Positions 55,918-64,000 of a DNA stretch of 64,000 bases are shown piece by piece. Source of the stretch: a bacterium (GTDB taxonomy: Bacteria; Patescibacteriota; Patescibacteriia; SG8-24); NCBI GenBank assembly GCA_021824285.1, contig JAKAKZ010000003.1, forward strand, positions 571 through 64,570. Reading direction: 5' to 3'. The stretch's first letter is position 1. Each line of letters begins with the position of its first letter. The position numbers and the translations under genes are program-made. The notes below the pieces were generated by a model that was not told the origin of the DNA, ran no database searches, and saw only the letters and a list, made by a program, of their open reading frames with translations.

Positions 55918-57476
55918 ACGCCGATCTGCGCCTTTTTCGCCTTGTCGTCCGTTCGCTCGCCGCGCTCTCTGCCGCCGTGGTGCTCATCTGGCTGGCCGTC
56001 AAGGCGCTTGCGCCAGGCGGCGTCCTGTCGGTGACCGCCGACTTCATTCAACCGACGCCGTTTGTCAGCGAACCGATGCCTTCCGCCCGTCTTCTCTTTC
56101 CGGGCAATGGCGCGGCCGGCAACCGCGCGGAGATCATCGGCGAGCCGGTCTACGTAGACTTCACTCCGCCCCCCGGGTTCGATTCCGTGGACGTGGCCTT
56201 CCGCTATCGTGACGGCATTCAGCCTGACATCCGTATCGGTGCGCTCGTTTCCGGTCTCGACCAGTCCTTCGACGTGCGGCCGGCCGGCAATGCTCTTCTG
56301 GACGGCCTGCCTTGGAGCCGGATCGCGAGCGGCCGTTACTCGCTCTGGTCCAAGAATCGGAAATACGCGTCGTTCGATGCTTACCTGAATGACCCGCCGC
56401 CCCGCTCCCAGACTGCGGCGGTCGGTCGCGTGCCGCTGCCGCCCTTCCGGCTCCCCGGCTACGCGCCCTCCGCCGTCGCCCGGACCGTCACCCGATCGCT
56501 GCGCGGGCCGCAGCGGTTCTTGGCCTATATCAAGGGCGAGAAGTTGAATTTTTCATTCAGTATCCAGGATATGAACCGCGAGAGCGGCGCCGATCCGGTC
56601 GTCGTGGCGGTGTATCCGGCGGATGCTGCCGCGGTATCGGGACCGGTGCCGCCGCTGGCGAGCGCCGTCTTGCCGGACGATGGCGACGTCGCCGACGACC
56701 AAAAGCAGTCCGGACTGCGGACCGTGACAGTCAGCGCGTCGGGCTTGGCGGAAGGCGTCTACGCCGTAGAGTTCGGAGCGGACCAGGATATTTTCATCCG
56801 ATCATTCACTACGACCCAGCGCAAGGCGGTACTGGAAGGGCGGGCCTATTTGGGCGACCATGTCGGCTACAGCGACCAGTCGGCCGGGACGACCGTTTGG
56901 GTCGGCGGCCGGCGGATCACGGTCCGCACTGACCATCCGGAAGGGCTGCAGAACCTGACTGTCGCCGGTGCGCCGCTTGTCATTACGGAACTTCATCTCA
57001 AGGCAGCGGTTTCCCTGCCGAGTGCCGCTCCCGCCGCGGTCCGGACGCCGGCCGGCGATGTCCTGCTGGAGACCGACGGCGTCATCGCCCTGACCAAGGA
57101 CGATTATTTCGACCCGCTGCCCTTCGTGCCGGATTGGACCACCACCGCGGACGATTTGGAGCGGCGCGGCATCGTCGCCGCGGTCGCGGACTACGAGGCG
57201 CCGGAGACTGCAGGCGACGACCGTATCGCTCGGACTTCTTTCGACCTGCATTCGTTGGCGCGGACCGAGGACGGCGCCTATCGTTTTGTCCTGTCCGCCC
57301 CCGGTATCGACCTGTCTGGCCGCAGTCTTCCCGTAACCTCCGTGAGCTTCACCCTGCGCCGGCGTCCCGTCTCCTGGAGCAAGGCCTGGAGTCGCCTTCT
57401 TTCCGGCGGCAACGTCGGACCGGCGGCCGGCACAAGGGCGCCGGGCGCGGTTTCTTTCGGCGAGAACCCCAGATGA
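55914..57476 (+). CDS. Membrane-anchored extracellular hypothetical protein
   Basis: N-terminal TM helix; ATGA coupling to the upstream gene. Confidence 0.8.
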   Translation: MNADLRLFRLVVRSLAALSAAVVLIWLAVKALAPGGVLSVTADFIQPTPFVSEPMPSARLLFPGNGAAGNRAEIIGEPVYVDFTPPPGFDSVDVAFRYRDGIQPDIRIGALVSGLDQSFDVRPAGNALLDGLPWSRIASGRYSLWSKNRKYASFDAYLNDPPPRSQTAAVGRVPLPPFRLPGYAPSAVARTVTRSLRGPQRFLAYIKGEKLNFSFSIQDMNRESGADPVVVAVYPADAAAVSGPVPPLASAVLPDDGDVADDQKQSGLRTVTVSASGLAEGVYAVEFGADQDIFIRSFTTTQRKAVLEGRAYLGDHVGYSDQSAGTTVWVGGRRITVRTDHPEGLQNLTVAGAPLVITELHLKAAVSLPSAAPAAVRTPAGDVLLETDGVIALTKDDYFDPLPFVPDWTTTADDLERRGIVAAVADYEAPETAGDDRIARTSFDLHSLARTEDGAYRFVLSAPGIDLSGRSLPVTSVSFTLRRRPVSWSKAWSRLLSGGNVGPAAGTRAPGAVSFGENPR

Positions 57477-57477
57477 T

Positions 57478-57951
57478 ATGATGTCCGACCAGGAATATTT
57501 TGAACTGTTCAGGCGCGCTGTCCGCGCATCGCAGCGCCGGGCGACCGAATTCCGACGGCGGGCCGCGGCCGCGGCGCCGCGTCTTGCCGAGAGAGCGCGG
57601 CTGGCCGCCCCCTATGTGGCGGAGACCGGCCTGGCCGTTTTCGGGGCCGCGGCGTTCCTGATTGCGGTCTTGGCGCTGCTGGAATTCGATTTTCCTGGTC
57701 TGGTCGCGCCCTACATCGCGCCGCAGGTCATCGTCTCGGTACTGGTTCTGGGAGGCTTGGCGGCGCTCGTCGGACCGGCACGCGAAGAGCGGGGACGACT
57801 CGTACGGCTGCTGCCGTTCGCCTACGGGATCCCGCTCGCGGTGGCCGCCGGTGCCGCGGCATGGTATTATTTTTCACCGATGCCGGCCGCGCCATGGCTC
57901 GCTTTCGCGGCCGCGCTTGCCGCCGGCGTACCCTGCTGGATATTACTGTGA
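57478..57951 (+). CDS. Hypothetical membrane protein
   Basis: About four TM helices; operonic spacing. Confidence 0.7.
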   Translation: MMSDQEYFELFRRAVRASQRRATEFRRRAAAAAPRLAERARLAAPYVAETGLAVFGAAAFLIAVLALLEFDFPGLVAPYIAPQVIVSVLVLGGLAALVGPAREERGRLVRLLPFAYGIPLAVAAGAAAWYYFSPMPAAPWLAFAAALAAGVPCWILL

Positions 57952-57971
57952 AACTTTAAGGACGGATCCAT

Positions 57972-58385
57972 ATGACTGACTGCGTCTTCTGCAAGATCAT
58001 CGCCGGAGAAATACCATCGGACAAGGTCTATGAGGACGATTTCGCCGTAGCCTTCATGGATATCGCGCCGGCCAATCCCGGCCACACGCTCATCGTGCCG
58101 CGCGAGCATTCCGACGACTTTTCCGTGATGCCCGACGGCCAGTCCATGGAGCGGCTCTTCTCCGCGACGCGCCGCGTGGCGCTGGCCGCGCTCAAGGCGA
58201 CCGGCGCCGGCGGCTTCAATACCATCATCAATACCGGCAAGGACGCCAACCAGATCGTCATGCATACGCATGTGCACGTCATCCCGCGCTTTCCCGAGGA
58301 CGGGCTGAAGCCGTGGACCAAGAAGGACATCCCGAAGGAGGAGATCGCCCGCATCGCCGCGGAAATGAAGAAGCATCTGGGGTAG
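57972..58385 (+). CDS. HIT-family nucleotide hydrolase
   Basis: DCVFCKI, GHTLIVP, HTHVHVIPR. Confidence 0.95.
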   Translation: MTDCVFCKIIAGEIPSDKVYEDDFAVAFMDIAPANPGHTLIVPREHSDDFSVMPDGQSMERLFSATRRVALAALKATGAGGFNTIINTGKDANQIVMHTHVHVIPRFPEDGLKPWTKKDIPKEEIARIAAEMKKHLG

Positions 58386-58509
58386 CGCGCCAAGAACGGC
58401 AAGTCGGTCGTCATGGCGGATGCCGGGCCGCGCTCAAGCGGTACGTTTTTCGTCGGGGCTTTTTCCGGCATCTTGCCTCAAGCCCAGCCAGAAGATAGAT
58501 TTACCTCAT

Positions 58510-59526
58510 ATGAAAAGGATTCTCGTTACGGGCGGCGCCGGATTCATCGGTTCAGCCTTCGTCCGGTACATGCTCAACACCTACCCGGAGCTCGAGGTCG
58601 TCAATTACGACTGCCTGACCTATGCCGGGAACCTCGATAACCTGGCTGCGGTGGAAAACGATCCGCGCTACTCCTTCGTGAAAGGGGACATTGGCGATGC
58701 GGAGGCGGTTTCGGCCGCGCTCGCCGGCGTGGACACGGTCGTGAACTTCGCGGCGGAGACGCATAACGACCGGAGCGTGTCCGATCCCGGCGTTTTTGTG
58801 CGCACCAACGTCCTCGGAACGCATGTCCTGCTTGAGGCCGCGCGGCACGCGGGCGTTAGCCGGTTCCATCACATCTCCACGGACGAGGTTTATGGTGACC
58901 TGGCGCTCGACGAACAGCGCGCCTTCAAGGAGGAGGACGTCTACCGGCCGCGTTCGCCCTACAGCGCTTCGAAGGCCGCGTCCGACCACCTCGTTCGCGC
59001 ATACCACCACACTTTCGGCTTGCCTGTGACTTTGAGCCACTGCTGCAACAACTACGGGCCGCACCAGTTTCCGGAGAAGCTCGTGCCGCTTTTTGCGGTG
59101 AACGCCCTGCAGGACAAGCCGCTGCCGCTCTTCAAGAGCAGCCGTAACACGCGCGAGTTCATCCACGCGGACGATCACAGCGCGGCCGTGGATGCCATCC
59201 TGCGGCGCGGTCGCATCGGCGAGGCCTATAATATCGGCACGGGCACGGAGAAATCCGTGGAGGAAATCACAGACGCCATCCTGACGGCGCTCGGCAAGCC
59301 GGAGACGCTCAAGACCTACGTGCCGGACCGCCCCGGCCTCGACCGCCGTTACCTCATCGACAGCACGAAGATCCGCACCGAGCTCGGCTGGGCCCCCAAG
59401 GTCAATTTCGAGCAGGGGATGAGGGAAACCATCCTCTGGTACCGCGACAATCCGACTTGGTGGAAGCGGGTGCAGAGCGGCGCCTACCGCGAGGGCCGGA
59501 CGGAGAAGGCCCGCGTTCGGGCCTGA
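58510..59526 (+). CDS. rfbB: dTDP-glucose 4,6-dehydratase
   Basis: TGGAGFIGS, LTYAGN, FAAETH, STDEVYG, YSASKA, NNYGPHQFPEK. Confidence 0.95.
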   Translation: MKRILVTGGAGFIGSAFVRYMLNTYPELEVVNYDCLTYAGNLDNLAAVENDPRYSFVKGDIGDAEAVSAALAGVDTVVNFAAETHNDRSVSDPGVFVRTNVLGTHVLLEAARHAGVSRFHHISTDEVYGDLALDEQRAFKEEDVYRPRSPYSASKAASDHLVRAYHHTFGLPVTLSHCCNNYGPHQFPEKLVPLFAVNALQDKPLPLFKSSRNTREFIHADDHSAAVDAILRRGRIGEAYNIGTGTEKSVEEITDAILTALGKPETLKTYVPDRPGLDRRYLIDSTKIRTELGWAPKVNFEQGMRETILWYRDNPTWWKRVQSGAYREGRTEKARVRA

Positions 59527-59673
59527 AGAATCCGCTTGAAAACCGCGCCAGACGCGCGGTTTTTTCGCATCGCGCCGCGGCATCGGTCGCGGCCGTCGGG
59601 GCTTGAAAAATTCCTTAAAATATGCTATAAAAGCAGCGGTTCTTTTCCTGTTCCGTAAGACAAGGAGATGCAG

Positions 59674-61176
59674 ATGCAAACCGATAAGGCCCTGGATGCC
59701 CTTCGTACGGCTCTCAAGGAGATCGCCTACTGCAATGCCGCCAAGGCGGCGCTCGAGTGGGACATGGAGACCGGCATGCCGGTCGCCGGTTCAGAGGCAC
59801 GAGCCGAGACGGTCGCGTTCCTGGCCGGGTTGGCCCACGAGAAGTCCGTGGCGCCGGATTACGGCGAGGCCCTCACGTTCCTGCGGGAACAGGCCGAGGC
59901 CGGCAAGCTGTCGGCCGACGATTCGGCCCTGGTGGCGCTGGCCTGGCGGCAGTACGACCGCGAACGGCGCCTTTCCGGCGAATTCGTCCGCGAGCTGTCG
60001 AACCTCACTGCCGCTTCGCACCACGTGTGGGCCGAGGCGCGGCGGCAGTCCGCTTTCGGGCTGTTCCGTCCGAACCTCGAGCGCATCGTGGCGCTGAAGC
60101 GCGAACAGGCGCAGGCGCTCGGCGGCGGTTCGGCTCCGTATGACGCTCTGCTCGACGAGTTCGAGCCCGGAGCCCGCACGGATGCGCTCTCGGAGGTCTT
60201 CGGCCGGCTGCGCCGCGACCTGTCGGCCCTAGTCCGGAAGATCCAGACGGGAGACCAGCCACCGGTCCTTCCGGGGATTTCGCTGCCGCTCGACCGTCAG
60301 GTCCAGTGGAACCGCGATTTTGCCGCCCTGCTGGGCTTCGACTTCCAGGCTGGCCGTCTCGATGTCAGCGCCCATCCGTTCACCATGAGGCTGCATGTCG
60401 GCGACGTGCGCATCACCACGCGCTACGATTCCGCCGACCTGCTCTACTCGCTCATGAGCACGGCGCACGAGACCGGTCACGCCCTCTACGAGCAGGGACT
60501 GCCGGCCGCGAGCTACGGCACGCCGGTCGGCGAGGCGGCCTCGCTCGGCCTGCATGAGTCGCAGTCGCGGCTCTGGGAGAACCTCGTGGCGCGCAGCCGG
60601 CCTTTCTGCGACGCGCTGCTCGAGCGCCTGCAGGGTGACGGCCACCTGTCCGGCCTGGACGCGGCGGAGTTCTACCGCTCGTTCAACCGCGTGACGCCGT
60701 CGCTCATCAGGACGGAGGCCGACGAGGTGACCTACAACCTCCACATCTGCCTGCGCTTCGAGATCGAGCGCGACCTCATCGAAGGACGGCTCGCGGTCGC
60801 GGACCTGCCCGAGGTCTGGAACGCCAAGATGAACGAGTATCTCGGCGTCGCCGTGCCGTCCGACGCGGATGGCGTGCTGCAGGACGTGCACTGGTCGTCT
60901 GGCCTCTTCGGCTACTTCCCGACCTACGCGCTCGGCAACATCTACTCGGCCCAGCTGTTCGAGGCCGCGCGCCGCGATCTGCCGGACCTGGACGGTCTCG
61001 TCCGCCGCGGCGACTTCGCCGGGCTGCGGCGCTGGCTCCACGACAAGATCCATCGGCACGGCAGCCGGTATGGCGTGGAGGAGATGATGCGCCAAGCCGT
61101 GGGCGATGGGTTTCAGGATCCAGCCGCTCTGCTCGACTACCTCGAGCGCAAGTACGGCGAGATCTATCGATTCTGA
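59674..61176 (+). CDS. M32 carboxypeptidase (Taq-type)
   Basis: HPF, HETGH (HExxH), HESQS, IRTEADE, QDVHW, GYFPTY. Confidence 0.95.
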   Translation: MQTDKALDALRTALKEIAYCNAAKAALEWDMETGMPVAGSEARAETVAFLAGLAHEKSVAPDYGEALTFLREQAEAGKLSADDSALVALAWRQYDRERRLSGEFVRELSNLTAASHHVWAEARRQSAFGLFRPNLERIVALKREQAQALGGGSAPYDALLDEFEPGARTDALSEVFGRLRRDLSALVRKIQTGDQPPVLPGISLPLDRQVQWNRDFAALLGFDFQAGRLDVSAHPFTMRLHVGDVRITTRYDSADLLYSLMSTAHETGHALYEQGLPAASYGTPVGEAASLGLHESQSRLWENLVARSRPFCDALLERLQGDGHLSGLDAAEFYRSFNRVTPSLIRTEADEVTYNLHICLRFEIERDLIEGRLAVADLPEVWNAKMNEYLGVAVPSDADGVLQDVHWSSGLFGYFPTYALGNIYSAQLFEAARRDLPDLDGLVRRGDFAGLRRWLHDKIHRHGSRYGVEEMMRQAVGDGFQDPAALLDYLERKYGEIYRF

Positions 61177-61298
61177 CTTTTAAGGGGCTTCGGCCCCTTT
61201 TTTCATTTTCGGCCGTTGTCTTGCCTTTTCGGGCCTTCATTGACTAAGGCCGTTTTTGTTGCTAGGTTCAGACCTGGTCCATTTCACTCGGAGAACCT

Positions 61299-61895
61299 AT
61301 GAACGTCACGGAAACGCCGCTCTCCGGCCTCAAGATCGTGGAGCCGACCGTGTTCGAAGACGAGCGCGGCTGGTTCATGGAGGCCCACAACGCCGCCAAG
61401 TTCGCGGCGCTGGGCATCGAGCCCGGCATCGTGCAGATCAACCACAGCCACTCCAAGCAGGGCGTCCTGCGGGGGCTGCATTTTCAGGCTCCGCCGGCGG
61501 ACCAGACCAAGCTCGTGCGCTGCGTCGCCGGCCGCCTGTTCGACGTCGCCGTGGACATCCGCCGCGGCTCGCCGACCTACGGCCAGTGGTATGGGGTCGA
61601 GCTCTCGGCGCAGAACCGTCGCATGCTCTACGTCCCGAGCGGGTTCGCGCACGGCTTCTACGCCATCACGGACTGCGACCTGCTCTACCTCTGCGGCCGG
61701 AACGGCTACAGCAAGGCGGCTGAAGGCGGCCTGAAGTACGACTGTCCGCAGCTGGATATCGTCTGGCCGTACGCCGTGGAGGCCTGGCTGCCGTCGAACC
61801 CGATCGTCATCGCCCGCGATGCGGCCTTCCCCGGTCTCGACGAGTTCGAGTCGCCGTTCGTCTATGCGGCCGCAATGCCGCCGGAGGCGCCATGA
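61299..61895 (+). CDS. rfbC: dTDP-4-dehydrorhamnose 3,5-epimerase
   Basis: FEDERGWF, GVLRGLHFQ, DIRRGSPTYG, GFAHGF. Confidence 0.95.
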   Translation: MNVTETPLSGLKIVEPTVFEDERGWFMEAHNAAKFAALGIEPGIVQINHSHSKQGVLRGLHFQAPPADQTKLVRCVAGRLFDVAVDIRRGSPTYGQWYGVELSAQNRRMLYVPSGFAHGFYAITDCDLLYLCGRNGYSKAAEGGLKYDCPQLDIVWPYAVEAWLPSNPIVIARDAAFPGLDEFESPFVYAAAMPPEAP

Positions 61896-62761
61896 AAGTC
61901 ATCGTGCTCGGCTCGCTGGGCAACCTCGGGCAGGAACTGACGCGCGTGCTGCGGGAGCGGCGACACGAGGTCATTGCGCTTGACCGCGCTGATCTCGACG
62001 TCACCGATGCCGCGGCGCTCACGAACCGCCTGCTCGCGGAAGCGCCGCAGCTGATCGTGAACGCCTCGGCCTGGAACGACGTGGACGGGGCGGAGGACCC
62101 GGCCAAACGCCCTTTCGCCTTCCGGCTGAACGCGGACGCGCCGACCACGATGGCCCTCGCGGCCAAGGAGATCGGCGCCGGCTTCGTCCATTTTTCCACG
62201 GACTACGTCTTCGACGGTTCGTCCGCCGCGGGCTACGCGGAAAATGACGAGCCGAAGCCGCTGTCGGCCTACGGGCAGAGCAAGTACCTGGGTGAGCGCT
62301 CCATTGCCGGAGTCGGCGGCCGGTACTTCATCTGCCGGACTTCGAAGCTTTTCGGGCCGCCAGGACAGTCGCCCGCGTCGAAGCCCAGCTTCCTCGCGAC
62401 GATGCTGCGGCTCGCCAAGACGAAGCCGGAGCTCGCCATCGTGGACGAGGAGGTCGGCTGTCCGACCTACACCGCCGATCTGGCGGAAGCCGTGGTCGCG
62501 CTGGCGGAGGATTCCGCGAGCGCACCGGGCATCTACCATCTGGTGAACGACGGTCCGGGTGTGACCTGGTACGGCTTTGCCGAGGAGATCTTCGGCCTGC
62601 TGGGGATCAAAACGCCGCGCCGTCCGGTGTCGGCCGCCGCGTTCCCGCGCGCCGCCCAGGTGCCGAAATCAGCGGTTCTCCGGAACACCAAGACGCTGCC
62701 GCTCCGGCCGCGGCCCGAGGCCCTGCGCTCGTTCTTCGCAGAGCATCCGGAATTGCTTTAG
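61892..62761 (+). CDS. rfbD: dTDP-4-dehydrorhamnose reductase
   Basis: STDYVFDG, YGQSKYLGE, GCPTY..DLA. Confidence 0.95.
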   Translation: MKVIVLGSLGNLGQELTRVLRERRHEVIALDRADLDVTDAAALTNRLLAEAPQLIVNASAWNDVDGAEDPAKRPFAFRLNADAPTTMALAAKEIGAGFVHFSTDYVFDGSSAAGYAENDEPKPLSAYGQSKYLGERSIAGVGGRYFICRTSKLFGPPGQSPASKPSFLATMLRLAKTKPELAIVDEEVGCPTYTADLAEAVVALAEDSASAPGIYHLVNDGPGVTWYGFAEEIFGLLGIKTPRRPVSAAAFPRAAQVPKSAVLRNTKTLPLRPRPEALRSFFAEHPELL

Positions 62762-62821
62762 ACCGTCCCTCTATGGGGGGCGGTTTTTTGTCCGCGCGCA
62801 TCTGGACGTCTGATCCCGATT

Positions 62822-62836
62822 GTGTAATATTGACAC
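62822..62836. promoter_or_regulatory. NrtR-type operator (GT-N7-AC)
   Basis: GTGT-AATATTG-ACAC directly before the nrtR ATG. Confidence 0.7.
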
Positions 62837-62837
62837 C

Positions 62838-63506
62838 ATGCATCATCCCTCGGAGCAGAACATCAAGGTTTCCGCGGACGTGGCCGTCTTCGCCATCAAG
62901 GACGGGGCGCTTTGCGTCCTGCTCATTCAGATGAAGAAGAAGCCGTACGAAGCGCAATGGGCCATGCCCGGCGGTCTCATCGGGGACGCAGAAACTGCGG
63001 CCGATGCCGCGGCGCGGATCCTGAAGGACCAGACCGGATTGGACGGCATCTATTTGGAGCAGCTGCAGACTTTCGACGCGCCGGAGCGCGACGCGCTGGG
63101 GCGCGTGGTGAGCGTGGCCTATATGGCTCTTCTGCCGCGGGCGGCGGAGGATCTGCGCACCACGGATAAGTACGCGGACGTGCGCTGGTGGCCGGTGGCG
63201 AAACTTCCGGCGCTCGCCTACGACCATGCGCATATGGCCGCGACCGCGCTCGCCCGCCTGCGGGCCAAGCTCGGTTACACGAACATTATCGCCAACCTCC
63301 TGCCGGCCAGCTTCACTCTCGGCCAACTGCAGGACGCCTACGAGCGCGTCCTGGGGCAGGAATTGGACAAACGGAATTTCCGCAAAAAGATCCTCGCCCT
63401 GGGTCTCATCGAGGAGACCGGACGGACGACCGCCGGCGCGGCGCATCGGCCTGCGGCGCTGTATCGTTTTCGGAAACGCGGACTGACTTATATCGAGATA
63501 TTGTAA
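62838..63506 (+). CDS. nrtR: NrtR-family regulator (Nudix plus winged helix)
   Basis: WAMPGG, YLEQLQTF...RD..GRVVSVAY, LAYDH, DKRNFRKK, RPAALYRF. Confidence 0.9.
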   Translation: MHHPSEQNIKVSADVAVFAIKDGALCVLLIQMKKKPYEAQWAMPGGLIGDAETAADAAARILKDQTGLDGIYLEQLQTFDAPERDALGRVVSVAYMALLPRAAEDLRTTDKYADVRWWPVAKLPALAYDHAHMAATALARLRAKLGYTNIIANLLPASFTLGQLQDAYERVLGQELDKRNFRKKILALGLIEETGRTTAGAAHRPAALYRFRKRGLTYIEIL

Positions 63507-63587
63507 GAGGCTGAAGATCAGCTGCCATGCGGAATCAGTCTAGAACGCAAAACGCCGCGGTCGACCGCGGCGTTTCGGTTCTGCCGA

Positions 63588-64000
63588 TCAATTAAGTATT
63601 TTTTCCTTCTGTCTGGCGACCGCCGGGTTTTCGCTGAAAAGCCGGTCAATCAGCGCGGTCGCCTCGGCAATCCGCTTCTCGTGCGGGCCGCGGAGGACGG
63701 CATGGGGTACGCCGGCGGACCGCAGCTCTTCCTCGAAACGCCCATGCATCCAATGGCGCAAGTGCTCGCCGTCACGCAGCGGATCGGTCTCGAACGGAAT
63801 TTCGTCGCCCGTGAGCAAGTAGAGATGCGGCCGGTGCGCGGCGGCGAGCGCTTGGACCGTCGGTGATGGAGTCCCCAGATAGCGCTCGTGCCAAATTGCC
63901 GTGGCGAATGGGTCGGTATCGGTGAACAGCACGCGGCTGGCCACACGGGCCAGGCTGTCCATGAGCCGCAACTGCTGCTCGGCGATATGCGTGAACTCGT
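63588..64000 (-). CDS. NadR-like AAA/kinase domain protein, 5' end outside the window
   Basis: VLFTDTDPFATAIW, YLLTGDEIPFETDPLRDG. Confidence 0.8.
   Translation of the reverse strand, partial: EFTHIAEQQLRLMDSLARVASRVLFTDTDPFATAIWHERYLGTPSPTVQALAAAHRPHLYLLTGDEIPFETDPLRDGEHLRHWMHGRFEEELRSAGVPHAVLRGPHEKRIAEATALIDRLFSENPAVARQKEKILN

Overview
High-GC bacterial chromosomal window whose gene families and translation signals point, by inference, to a Patescibacteria/CPR organism (Ca. Uhrbacteria-like). Housekeeping content: pyk-ppsA, infC-rpmI-rplT, smpB-ssrA (tmRNA), tRNA-Asp(GTC), an ECF sigma/anti-sigma pair, pgsA-like, HIT, M32 and M48 peptidases, rfbB/C/D, nrtR and a partial NadR-like gene. A large envelope region holds a 1179-aa S-layer-like protein, three neighbours sharing its ~100-aa module, FG-GAP-tailed enzymes and many glycosyltransferases. 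The most unusual structures are: (1) a small GIY-YIG nuclease gene between an intact tRNA-Asp and a partial tRNA-Asp copy, with a second partial copy downstream, each copy interrupted by a perfect palindrome; (2) an island of three paralogous Cys-rich lipoproteins plus a coiled-coil/8-stranded beta-barrel-like protein with Shine-Dalgarno signals, whereas many native genes look leaderless; (3) a RAYT transposase bounded by DnaA-box-tipped GGGACWGTCCC repeats, solo copies of which bracket most of that island; (4) strongly structured RNA at both ends of the S-layer gene. All product calls come from motif recognition by eye; no searches were run.
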